Source: Azolla caroliniana | Taxonomy: Eukaryota; Plantae; Polypodiophyta | Direction: 5' to 3' | DNA: 64,000 nucleotides | Assembly: GCA_043228905.1 (NCBI GenBank) | Contig: JBHGNT010000021.1 | Span: 12,772,001 to 12,836,000, forward strand | In this document: positions 12,452 to 24,733 of the stretch, one piece after another | Numbering within the stretch: the first letter of the stretch is position 1 | How the letters are laid out: each line of letters starts with the position of its first letter | Position numbers and translations under genes: made by a program | The notes under the pieces: model-generated | The model's input: only the letters and a program-made list of their open reading frames with translations | What the model was told of the DNA's origin: nothing | The model's database searches: none

Positions 12452-12878
12452 TGTCAAGAATAGTACTAAACAGAGAGAGAATTAGTACTAAAGAAGGGAA
12501 GTACTATTAGTACTAAGAGGATGGGACTCCGTAAGACTCCCGAGAGAGAGAAAAGAGAAGAGGAGAGACAGAGAGAGAGAGATGATGATAACAGATGATA
12601 TATTATAGGAAGAGTAAGTACAAGATTGCTAAGAGGCTTAAGACTGGCGTTGAACCAATTTGGTTCAACATAATGCCTAGTGCCTTCTTTTATAGTGTTC
12701 TCAGGAGTAATCCTGAAGCTTCTAGAATGTTCTAGAGAAATCTGGAATATACATTAATTTCCTATAATAAAACTTAAATGAAAATAATATCCTACGTATT
12801 ACAATAGATGGTATAATGGTCAAGAGCTCGACCCATATAACATAAGGTCATGGGTTCAAGTCTTGCCATATCATGACA
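12452..12878 (-). repeat. 3' LTR of Tcn1-like chromovirus
   Basis: Minus strand TGTCATGA...CTTGACA, preceded by PPT AAGGGGGAAATAG directly after the chromodomain ORF; TATAAAA 12694-12688. Confidence 0.85.
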
Positions 12879-14510
12879 CTATTTCCCCCTTAAGACGATG
12901 AGTGGAACGAGTTGGCGCTGATTGCGGACAGGGTTTGTCCAGATACTTTCGGCGGAACTCGGCAAGAAGATCCTGAGCATTGATGACATGCTCGACGGGT
13001 TCCCAAGTACGTTCACTCGGACTATAGCCGAACCAATCGACCAAATAATAAAGTTTGTTGCGAACAAGTTTGGAATCGAGGACTGCAGCAACTTCATACT
13101 CCAGGCTGGCTTCCAACTCAAGCGGGGGCGGTGGTGGTGTAACACGATCGGGAATAGTGTTTGCTTTATAAGGTTCAAGAAGAGAGCTATGGAAAACCGG
13201 ATGTATCTGAAGATGCGGAGGGAGATCAAGGCGGAACGTGACATCATTAACCTTACTAGTAATATGGAAAGGACCGAGTCGTCGATAATCCAACTTGTCG
13301 CACGGTTGAGTAGTCTTTATGTGACAACGTAAGAGCCATACTCGATCTCCGATGGCAAAAGAGAAGGGAAGCCGATGACGATCCGCATAAGTCTTTTGTA
13401 TGTGTTGAGCATGACAAAGATGAGTAGAGAGATCTATCTGGATCTTGCATAGCCTCTCCAAATGACCCTCGGCACGAGGATTGCTAGGTAGCTCCGAGGT
13501 GTCGATCACCAACCAGCAAGGCTAAGAACCAGTATAAGTGTCAACTAGGGAGACCCGAGTCGAGGAGTGAACCGCATTATTATATGCAAACTCCGCAAAG
13601 TGGAGAATCTCGGCCCAATCGTCATGTTGATAACTTAGAAAACACCGGAGATATTGTTCTAGCGTTTGGTTGGTTTGTTCCGCCTGCCCATCAGACTGGG
13701 GATTGTAGCCGGAGGAGACATTGCAAGAGACCTTGAGCATCTTGAAGAGATGCTGCCAAAATTTGGAGACAAATTGAGGTCCTCGATCATTGATGATACT
13801 GTCTGGGAGGCCATGATGCCGAAATACCTCACGCATGACAAGGGCGGCAGTTTCCTCGCTAGTGATGGCCTTACTACACGGCACAAAATGTGCCATCTTA
13901 GTATATTGATCGATGACGGTTAAGATAGCATCGAACCCCTTCTAGACCAGTAGATCTATGATAAAATCAAGACAAATAGACTGCCACGGCTCACTTGGAA
14001 TTGGTAAGGGTTCCAACAAGCCATAAAGACCATTCTCGCGGAATCGTTTTAGTACTAATAGTACATGAAAATCGTGCTCTTCCTGGGTCTTCAAATAAAT
14101 CAATAGATCATCCAGATAGATGATCAAACAAATATCCAAGAGGTCTCTGAATACGTCATTTGCCATGTGTTGGAAGACTGCGGGTGCATTGGTTAGACCG
14201 AACAGCAAACAGTATAATTGAAATGCCCATACAGTGTGCGAAAGGCGATCTTCCATTCATCTCCCGGTCAGATCCGCACGAGGTTATACACTCCTCGTAG
14301 ATCGATTTTTGTAAAAAACTTGGCCCCATTAACTCGCTCTAAAAGACTTGATATAAGAGGAAGTGTATACCTATTCCGGATGGTGACTTTATTCAAGCCG
14401 CGGTAATCAATGACGAGACAAACTGAGCCATCTTTCTTCTTGACAAAGAAGATAGGTGCACCGGCCGGAGATTTCGAATGGCGAATAAACCCGCTTGCCA
14501 AGTTCTCCTC
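12879..14510 (-). pseudogene. Tcn1-like chromovirus pol fragment: partial RT joined to integrase + chromodomain
   Basis: [34 protein letters not shown], chromodomain YEVAAVLDSK...YYLVDWFGYSPSERTWEP. Confidence 0.9.
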
Positions 14511-14528
14511 TTATCCTTTTTCTATACA

Positions 14529-15686
14529 ATGGCTTCTATTAGCGCCCAAGAATACCAATCTGTTTTCTCCGAGCTATAGTGTCTAACAGAAAAATTTGTT
14601 GCCTTGGAACAAGAAAACCAATGGTTGTTAGGGGATCTTCAAAAAATCGCCCTAGAAAAACAACAAACGCAGCAACAACATGGGGAGTTAGCGTTACGTG
14701 TGCAACAACTCGAAGCAGCGTTGCAACAACAAGGATCAAGTCCCCACGGATTTCATAAAGAGCACAAGATTGGATTTCTTGTGAAATTTGATGGAACGTG
14801 GTCGCAATTTAGGGGATTCCTCAATCAAGTACGCTTAGTCATTCAAATGCATCCTTCTCAATACCCCACTGATGCTTCCCGAGTCGGCCTAATAGGCACG
14901 TTGCTTAGCGGCTCAGCCTTGGCATTGTTTGCTCCGCTTCTAGAAAAACAATCGCCCTTACTTAATAACTTTGAAGACTTTATTAGTGAGTTTAAAGCTT
15001 GCTTTGGAGATACAGACGGCATCCGGACAGCGATCAACAAAATCCGACGATTACGTCAAGGCGATCGTCCAGCCTCTGCCTACGCGACGGATTTCCGTCT
15101 ACTCGGTTCAGATATCCCCTAGGATGATCAGGCACTAATGGAGCAATTTCGCTACGGCCTATGAAACGATGTCAAAGATCTACTTCTAACCTTCCCCAAA
15201 GAACCAAAGTCTCTTACGGAGGCAATCAGTCGAGCGGTCCGATGTGACAACCGCCTTTTCGAACCGCGTTCAAAACGTCAATTACAAATACCACGCTCTA
15301 GGCCGAATCCCACTTATGCCTCAATTGCGGCTAAACCGTTTGCACGAGACATACCTCAAGCAAATACTCTGACATCGATGGAGATCGACACCATGCGTCA
15401 ACGTGGCCCGTTATCGGAAGAAGAAAAGCAACGACAATGTGCAAAACGATTATGTCTTTATTGCGGTGGACCACGGCATATCGCAATCAATTGTCCCCAT
15501 AGGCCAAGAAGATAGGTAAATCAAATCGTAGCCTGTACTAAACCCGAGTCAATTCTTCCCTTAGGAGTGTTTGATAGTATTAATAGTACTAATAGAATGT
15601 CTGATAGTATTAATAGTACTAATAGCCCATGTATCTCAAACGAATTTGAAATCCTTAGTCAATTAGATGAAGAGTTAAACGATTGA
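14529..15686 (+). pseudogene. Tcn1-like chromovirus gag
   Basis: ATG 14529; KFDGTWSQFRGFLNQV...LLSGSALA; LRQG..AS.YA..FR; CLYCGGPRHIAINC knuckle; internal stops. Confidence 0.88.
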
Positions 15687-15725
15687 GTCCAGCCAAAATA
15701 GGAGTCGTTTGGTTGGACAACCCTA
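15674..15725 (+). promoter_or_regulatory. Putative -1 ribosomal frameshift: GTTAAAC + 6-nt spacer + H-type pseudoknot
   Basis: Stem 1 GTCCAGCCAAA/TTTGGTTGGAC; loop TAGG pairs with CCTA 15722-15725; pol ORF 15683 is in the -1 frame; structure repeated near 24579-24630. Confidence 0.75.
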
Positions 15726-17674
15726 GATCTGTACAGCCCATTAGTGGTTCCATTCCCTCCAAGCAAGTTAACAATGTGTTCCTAGCCCAAGTCATGGTTA
15801 GTACTAAAAGTGCTCCCCCAATACATGTCCTAGCACTTCTAGATTCCGGAGCTAATTCCTGTTTCATGGATCAAAATTTTGCCCAAGATTCTCAAATATC
15901 CTTAAGAAAACTTCCTTGCCCCGCATCTGTAGTAGTCATTGATGGTCGTCCCATTGCTTCCAGGAATATTGTAGAAGAGTCAGAACCCATTCAAGTTGTC
16001 CTAAGTAGTTTTGTGTGTGTAGTAGCATTTAATATAATTAGTAGTCCAGAGCATCCCATTGTCCTGGGATTACCTTGTTTTGAATTACATAATCCAGACA
16101 TAGATTAGAGAACAAGAGAAGTCCGACATCGACAACCCCAAGAATCTACTCATCGAGTTTCGACCATTTCACTACGTCAATTACGCGAAGAAGGACACAA
16201 GGAGGCAACGTTCCTATTTGCAATATCAGTACATCCTTCCAGCACTATTAAGGAAGAATCCTTAGTACAACTTCCGGCAAAATATCATCCTTATGTCGAT
16301 TTATTTGACAAGGTAAAAGCTAGTACTCTTCCTCATCATCGTCCCTAAGATTGTCCCATCGATCTACAACCGGGAGCAGAGCCACCATGGGAACCAATTT
16401 ACAACTTGTCCTCCACCGACTTAGAAGTCCAAATCTCCGGCCAGTGCACCCATCTTCTTTGTCAAGAAGAAAGATGGCTCACTTCGTCTCGTCGTTAATT
16501 ACCGCGGCTTAAATAAAGTCACCATCCGTAATAGGTATGCACTTCCTCTTATATCAAGTCTTTTAGAGCGACTTAATGGTGCCAAGTTTTTTACAAAGAT
16601 CGATCTACGAGGAGCGTATAACCTCGTGCGGATCCAACCGGGAGATGAATGGAAGACCGCCTTTCGCACGCGGTATGGGCATTTCGAATATACTGTTATG
16701 CGGTTCGGTCTAACCAATGCACCCGCAGTCTTCCAACACATGGCAAATGATATATTCAGAGACCTCTTGGATATCTATTTGATCATCTATCTAGATGATC
16801 TATTGATTTATTCGAAGACCCAGGAAGAGCACGATTCTCATGTACTATTAGTACTAAAACGACTCCGCGAGAATGGTCTTTATGCCAAGCTAGAAAAATG
16901 TAGCTTTGACTGCAAGCAAGTGGAATTTCTAGGCTACGTCATATCCTCAAAGGGCATCTCCATGGATCCAGCTAAAGTCCAAATTGTGCTAGAGTGGCAA
17001 ATTCCACGGTCAGTACGAGATGTGCAATGTTTTCTAGGTTTTGCCAACTTCTATCGCAAGTTTATACAGGATTACTCGAAGATTATTTTACCTCTCACAC
17101 AAGTTGAAAGAAGGGAAAAGCATTTCTTTGGTCCAATGAAGCGGACATGGCTTTTTGGCATCTCAAGAAAGCCTTTACATCAGCTCCTATTCTAGCTCAT
17201 GTGGATACAAATAAACCATTCATCATGGAGGCCGACGCATCGGATTTCGCCCTCAGTAGCATCCTTTCTCAACAAGGAGATAAAGAAGAGTTACATGTTG
17301 TGGCTTTCCATTCGCGCAAATTAGATGCCGCGGAAATCAACTACGAAATACATGACAAGGAGTTATTAGCCATCGTGGATTCCTTTGTGCAATGGCGGCA
17401 TTTCTTAGAAGGCTCTCCACATCAGGTCATCGTCTTTAGTGATCACAAAAACCTTGCTTATTTCCAGAACACTCGGGTGCTAAATCGACGGCAAGCTCGG
17501 TGGGCTCAATTCCTCACGCGTTTTGACTTCAAAATCACATATCAACCGAGGAAGCAGCAAGGAAAAGCAGATACGCTATCACGGCGTTCATATCTTGGAC
17601 CTCGTCCTGGTGATCCAGTGTTTGATAATCAAAAGCAAGTAATCTTGGGACCAACACGATTGCACACAACGCGG

Positions 17675-20600
17675 TGTCGTGAAGATTTTCGTCCATAGGC
17701 AGAAACTGGGGAGGAATGGGCAAATCAGTGGTGTGCAACATGTGCACGTGTATACTAGGAAATGGTGTGTAGAAAGAAGAGGGGAATTTTATCCCACATT
17801 GTAAGGTCCCCCCTTCCTTGGGCTATAAAAGGAAGGGAGGGGTCACTTATGATGGGTTGTCTATTTTGAGGGAGAGAGGCATACCACTTAGGTCGAGGGT
17901 CTCCTATTCGGTTTTAGGGTTTCGGTTAGGGTTTTCTTCTTGGGTTTTCCTTTAGGGTTTTCTTATAGTCGTTTGGTGCGGCCATGGCGGCCACCATTGT
18001 AAAGCGTTTGTGTTTCCTTAAGCTAACTTGTTGAGCATCTTGCTCGTCTATGCTACGTTATTGTCTTATTCTTTCTCACCTCCTCTTGAGCTAAGCTTCC
18101 ATTTTGTGTCTTATTCTTTCTCCTCCACTCCCTAGTCCAAGACCCACGTGGTCCCGCCCCTTCTACACGCACGCGCGTAACAACGCGACATCTTTGGTGA
18201 ACCCGACGTGAAGGGCGGCAAGGGAGCATGGAGATGGAAGAAGACTTCGACTTCGAGGAGATGATGGCAAAGATCGTAATGGATGCGCGACGGAAAAAGG
18301 CGAGGCGAGATGGGGCTCAACAAGCCGTCGAGAGGGTGGTCGATCGAGTCGGCCGATTCAACGGGGACAATGTCCCGAGGTTCTTGGAAGCATATGATGC
18401 CGAGATGATGGAGTGGGGCGTGGACAAAGCGATGCGGCTAGAGTATTTTCGTCTAGTGGTGGCCGTATCGGTGCATAAAGAGGTCAAGGAGCTTCAAGAA
18501 GCTCATGAGTCGTGGGAGTCCTTCGAGGGAGCTCTAACGGAGGCATACGAATGCGCGAAACCAAAGTGGGTATGCCGGCAATATGATGGGGAGCGGTCGA
18601 CAATGACTTGGCCCGCAAGCGACGGAAAGGAGAGGGCGGTGGGCGGCTACACACCACCATCGGAAAAGAGCTTGACGTGCGATCAACCGGAGGAGTACGA
18701 CTTCGAGGCGTTGGTATGGGAGGCGTGCGAGAGCATGAAGGTGAAGTTCTAAGCCGAGGAAGGGCTTATTACGGAGTTGGGCCCAAGCGGATCGAAGGAT
18801 GCGGAGGAAGAAGCCTCCCTACGCGTGGAGGACAGGGCCTATGCGGAGACCAAAAGAGCGTGCAACGGCGACATGGGAGAGGGTGTGGAGCGAGTGACCC
18901 TCTCGTCTTCAAAATCACATATCAACCGAGGAAGCAGCAAGGAAAAGCATATGCGCTATCACGGCGTTCATATCTTGGACCTCGTCCTGGTGATCCAGTG
19001 TTTGATAATCAAAAGCAAGTAATCTTGTGCAACGGCGAATGGACAACCATGGATGAGGCCAATGACTACGGAGCGGGAAGTGCCACTTCGAGAGTGGGCG
19101 GAGGATTCGGGGCACGGTGGCCCAAAACATCAAGCGAGAAGGTGGGTGGCCGAAACGACGACGAAGGGGAGGCGGCAAGCATAATTGAGGCTTGCATAAT
19201 CGGAGGTGGGTTAGCCGCGGACAACGACGTCCAAACGGAGGTGGCTACAGACACAACGAGCGGCGGTGCCGGGTCCTTACCCACACCGGTCCTAGAGGCT
19301 CCGGCGGCCGGCCCGAGTGCCGGCATGAGACCTAGAGCGACGGGCGGTGGCGGTGGCAAGGAGGGCAACCACGACGGCGAGAACGACGAGGAAGAGGTGG
19401 AGGCAAGCATAAATGAAGACGGGGTAGCCACGAACGACAATGACTGAATGGAGGTGGCTACGAACGAAACGAGTGGCGGTGCCAAGTCCTTACCCACACC
19501 GGTCCTAGAGGCTCCGGCAGTCGACCCGAGTGCCGGCGTGAGACCTAGAGCGACGGGCGGTGGCGGCGACAAGGAGGGCAACCAAGACAACGGCAAGGAA
19601 AGTGAGGAAGAAGGGGCGGCAAACATAATCGAGGCTTGCGGAATTGGAGATGGGGAAGCCGCGGACAACGACGTCCGGACTAAGGCGGCTACAACAACGA
19701 CAAGAGGAGGTGCCGGGACATTACCCACACCAGTCCTAGAGGCTCCGGCGATCGGCCCGAGTGTCGGGGTGTGGCCTAGAGCGACGGGCGGTGGCGGCGA
19801 CAAGGCGGTTGACCGAAATGACGACGAAGAAGATTGGAGCGGACGGAGGCAAGAACCCTCGACACCGGGGTCGGAGACTTCAGCAGTTGTGCCCAAGTGC
19901 CAACGTGAGACCGGAGAGATGGGCGGCGGCCATGAGGAGGCGTGGCCCGGAGCGAGTACGTACGAAGATGAGGATGCGAGGCCCGGAACGGGCATATACG
20001 AGAGGACCGACGGAGAGGTCGGGAGTGGAAAGGGGAGAGTTGGGAACCGACACGACCAGAAGACGGCGTGAAAGAAGAATGGAGCGAGGGCCGGCGAACC
20101 GGGCCCAAACCGAAGAAAAGTCGGCAAGATTGGGATCGTTCGGCCGATGACAATTGTGAAAGAGAGCAGCCCAAACCGGATCACGATCGGTCGAGACCGA
20201 TCCGGGCGAAGGCTATGCCGGTCCGATAGGAGATCGGGGAGGACGGGTCACAACACGCGACGAGAGCCGGTGAGCATATTGAGGAGGCCTAGCGGGCACG
20301 GTGATCACGGCTTGCTAGAAGACCGAGAGCGAGAGGGACTTTCCGCACCCATTCTAGAGATTTCGGCGGTTGCGGATCAACGTGAGATCGGAGAGACGGC
20401 GGGTGGCGGCGAGGAGTCGGAGGCCGAAGCGGACAAAGTTATCGAAACGGGTATCCGGTATGAGATGATGGACGAGCGGGTCCAAGATGACGAGCCCGAG
20501 TCGGAACGGGCTACGGTGACAAAGGAAGAAGTGGCCGACGCGGAGGTCGGGACTACGGCGGGAGAAGCGTGTGACACAAAGCATGCATTACAGTGTAAAA

Positions 20601-21981
20601 CGGAGCATGCACTACGGCCGGCAAAGGGCCAAGAAGCAAGCATGCACCCGGAAAAGCGGCAACGAGTGACCAGCAACGGCGGACCAGTCGAGCCTTTGAG
20701 AGGCAAGCACGCGGCGAGAGACGAAATCGTAAGGTACCGAGATCGGCGGATGGGTGGCGAGAGCGAAGGATGGTGCGCGGAGAACAATGGGGTACACACC
20801 GGGAAGAGAAAACGTGGCGGCTTCCCGGAGGGCATACAAGGCCAAGTGGGCCAAGAGGGCGCAAGTCGAGGCGAGGCGGTAACGAGAGCCTCGAGGGACA
20901 CCGACACGGAGGTCGGGATGACAGTACGGTCTACGGCGAGAGAGCACGACGGGCAAAGGAGAGGCAAGGAACGCGGAATGGGGTCGTCTAAGGGCCAAAG
21001 AATGAGTGCATATTCGGGGGACAACATCGGCGCGCGAGAAGAGCCTATGGAAGGCAAGCGCGGAGCAGGAAGAGTCAGTACGAGGTGTTCGGGGCGAGGA
21101 GAAGGTCGAGCCGGAGGTGGAACACACGCGATACGCGAGGATTGGCACCCGGCAAGCAATCAAAGTAATCAAGGGTCTAACCGGAGGACAAGCGCGGTGA
21201 GCAAAGGAAGGGAGACCGGATCGGCAACGGTGTTCGGGATGGCCGGTCGAAGAAGAAGGTGCGTGCCCTGGACGTGGTGGATCGGATGGAGCCGGCGGGT
21301 CGGGGCCGGTAAGGAGCCGGCAAGACGGATCGGCGCCGGCAAGGGACCGGCAAGAAAGTTGGATGCCGGTAAGTCGAAAGACCCGGTTGATCACCGTGGC
21401 TGAAATCTCTCACCCTTTTCCTTTCTTGGCACATACCAATGGATGTGCGGTTTGGTGGGGGTGGATGTCGTGAAGATTTTCGTCCATAGGCGGAAACTGG
21501 GGTGGAATGGGCAAATCGGTGGTGTGCAACATGTGCACGTGTATACTAGGAAATGGTGTGTAGAAAGAAGAGGGGAATTTTATCCCACATCGTAAGGTCC
21601 CCCCTTCCTTGGGCTATAAAAGGAAGGGAGGGGTCACTTATGAGGGGTTGCCTATTTTGAGGGAGAGAGGCATACCACTTAGGTCGAGGGTCTCCTATTC
21701 GGTTTTAGGGTTTCGGTTAGGGTTTTCTTCTTGGGTTTTCCTTTAGGGTTTTCTTATAGTCGTTTGGTGCGGCCATGGCGGCCACCATTGTAAAGCGTTT
21801 GTGTTTCCTTAAGCTAACTTGTTGAGCATCTTGCTCGTCTATGCTACGTTATTGTCTTATTCTTTCTCACCTCCTCTTGAGCTAAGCTTCCATTTTGTGT
21901 CTTATTCTTTCTCCTCCACTCCCTAGTCCAAGACCCCCGTGGTCCCGCCCCTTCTACACGCACGCGCGTAACAACGCGACA
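17675..21981 (+). mobile_element. Non-autonomous gag-only element D (Trp-primed family), 4-bp TSD GCGG
   Basis: 516-bp LTRs 17675-18190 and 21466-21981 (about 7 differences by eye); PBS-Trp 18195-18212; same G-rich tract before the 3' LTR as in A; TSD 17671-17674 and 21982-21985. Confidence 0.95.
18228..21403 (+). pseudogene. gag-like N-terminus fused to a long low-complexity acidic/Gly-rich region; no pol
   Basis: VGRFNGDNVPRFLEAYDAEM is homologous to A gag (IGRFGGKDATSYLEAYRAEM); ORFs 18608 (distal part), 19448 and 20147 share one frame; three ~215-230-bp repeats at about 19160-19810. Confidence 0.7.
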
Positions 21982-22929
21982 GCGGATTTTTCACACCCCT
22001 ATAGATTCCCGGATTACCGATGCCATACGTGCGAACTTGAAGATAGACAGTTTTGCTCAAGACATTCTGGCACACATTGATCCCTCTCGAGCATCATGTT
22101 CCCAATCTCAACAACCAGGTATGGACTACCGAAAATTCGAATATCATGATGGTTTGTTACTCTTTAAAAAGCTTGTACATGTCCCCGATTGCTCGTCGCC
22201 TTCAAATCGTCCAACATTGCCAAGACACCCATACGGCGGGACATTTCGGTAGTACTAAGACATTGGATCTCGTTCAACGATCCTTTTGGTGGCCCCATAT
22301 GCGACATTTTGTCGACGACTATGTTCGGACTTGTGATGCTTGCTGCTGAGCAAAGATGCCCCGACACTATCCATATGGCTTGTTGGAACCCTTACCAATT
22401 CCAAGTAAGCCGTGGCAATCTATTTGTCTTGATTTTATCACAGATCTGGCGGTCTCGAAGGGTTCGATGCTATCTTAACCGTCGTCGATCGATATACTAA
22501 GATGGCACATTTTGTGCCGTGTACTAAGGCCATCACTAGCGAGGAAACCGCCGCCCTTGTCATGCGTGAGGTATTTCGGCATCATGACCTCCCAGACAGT
22601 ATCATCAGTGACAAGGGACCTCAATTCGTCTTCAAATTTTGGCAGCATCTCTTCAAGATGCTCAAGGTCTCTTGCAACCTCTCCTCCGGCTACCATCCCC
22701 AAACCGATGGGCAGGCGGAACGAACAAAGCAAACGCTGGAACAATATCTCTGGTGCTTTCTGAGTTATCAACAGGACGATTGGGCCGAGATTCTCCACTT
22801 TGTGGAGTTTGCATATAATAATGCGGTTCACTCCTCGACTCGGGTCTTCCCATTTTACGCTTATACCGGTTCTCATCCTCTCTAGTCTTTCTTTTGGTTT
22901 CCCTCATCCTCTTATCCTTTTTCTATACA

Positions 22930-22979
22930 ATGGCTTCTTGTAAAAGATTGATTGCCGAAACGTTAGAAAGAACAATACA

Positions 22980-23013
<34 letters not shown>

Positions 23014-23017
23014 GTGG

Positions 23018-23073
<56 letters not shown>

Positions 23074-24733
23074 AAGACACACTATTTTCCAAAATTATAT
23101 GAATACTCTGTGCTCTATATCTACAGCGCGCTCATCAGCGCTATTTATACAAGTCCACACGGGACTGTTAGAAGTACGGTGTACTTCAATGCTCACACAA
23201 GCATCTGACACTAACTACGAGACTATAACTGCCTATTAGTCTAACCTATACTAGGCTTCCGGTTACGGATTGGATCCGGCATACCGGCTCCCTAGCTCAC
23301 CGGTCCTTACTGCTTACCGGCTTGGTTGCTCACCGGCATACCGATTCATCTCGCTTACCGGCTCAAGCTTATTCAGTCGATCCGGCTCCGGTTGAGCTTG
23401 TTGCTCAACACTTCTGTTAGCGCCCAAGGATACCAATACGTTTTCTCCAAGCTACAGTGTCTAAAAGAAAAATTTGTTGCCTTGGAACAAGAAAATCAAC
23501 GGTTGTTAGGGGATCTTCAACAAATCGCCCTAGAAAAACAACAAACGCAGCAACAACATGGGTAGTTGCAACAGCAACATGGGGAGTTAGCATTACGTGT
23601 GCAACAACTCAAAGCAGCGTTGCAACAACAAAGATCAAGTCCCCAAGGATTTCAAAAAGAGCCCAAGATTGGACTTCTTGTGAAATTCGATGGAACGCGA
23701 TCACAGTTTAGGGGATACCTCAATCAGGTACACTTAGTCATTCAAATGCATCCGTCTTGATACCCCACTAATGCATCCCCAGTCGCCCTAATAGGCACGT
23801 TGCTTAGCGGCTCAGCCTTGGCAAGGTTTGTCCGCTTCTAGAAAAACAATCGCCCTTACTTAATAACTTTGAAGACATTATTAGTGAGTTTAAAGCTTGC
23901 TTTGGAGATATAGAAAGCGTCCAGACGGCGATCAACAAAATCCGACGATTACGTCAAGGCAATCGTCCAGCCTCTGTCTACGTGGCGGATTTCCGTCTAC
24001 TCGCTTCAGACATGCCTTGGGATGATCAGGCACTAATGGAGCAATTTCGCTACGGCCTGTGAAACGATGTCAAAGATCTACTTCTAACCTTCCCCGAAGA
24101 ACCAAAGTCTCTTACGGAGACAATCAGTCAAGCGGTCCGATGCGACAACCGCCTTTTCGAAAGGTGTTCGGAATGTCAATTCCAGATACCACGCTCTAGG
24201 TCGGAGCCCACTTATTCCTCAGTCATGGCTAAACCGTTTGCATGAGACATACCTCAAGCAAATACTCTTACACCGATGGAGATCAACACCATGTGCCGAC
24301 GTGGCCCGTTATTGGAAGAAGAAAAGCTCATAATCCCCATAGGCATATCGCAATCAATTGTCTTTATTGCGGTGGACCACGGCATATCGCAATCAATTGT
24401 CCCCATAGGCCAAGAAGACAGGTAAATCAAACGTAGCATGTACTAAACCCGAGTCAATTCTTCCCTTAGGAGTGTCTGATAGTATTAATAGTACTAATAG
24501 AGTGTCTGATAGTATTAATAGTAGTAATAGCCCAAGTATCTCAAACAAATTTGAAATCCTTAGTTAATTAAATGATGAGTTAAATGATTGAGTCCAGCCA
24601 AAATAGGAGTCGTTTGGTTGGACAACCCTAGATCTGTACAACCCATTAGTGGTTCCATTCCCTCCAAGCAAGTTAGCAATGTGTTCCTAGCCCAAGTCAT
24701 GGTTAGTACTAAAAGTACTCCCCCAATACACGT
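22930..24733 (+). pseudogene. Second Tcn1-like gag copy and pol start, truncated before the protease active site
   Basis: Colinear with 14529-15830; split by a solo LTR three codons after the ATG. Confidence 0.88.
22939..23410 (-). mobile_element. Copia solo LTR (related to B), TSD CTTCT
   Basis: TGTAAAAG...CTCAACA on the + strand; CTTCT at 22934-22938 and 23411-23415; long (AG)n. Confidence 0.9.

Larger units (their letters stand above)
15683..22880 (+). pseudogene. Tcn1-like pol (PR-RT-RH-INT), interrupted by element D and truncated in INT
   Basis: [50 protein letters not shown]. Confidence 0.9.

Noticed and set aside
12802-12875. Functional tRNA gene
   Set aside because: A/B boxes are present but acceptor, anticodon and T stems do not pair; reported only as a tRNA-like promoter motif.
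19066-21394. Long antisense ORFs (372 and 260 aa) in element D
   Set aside because: Shadow frames of GC-rich repetitive sequence with no recognisable motifs.
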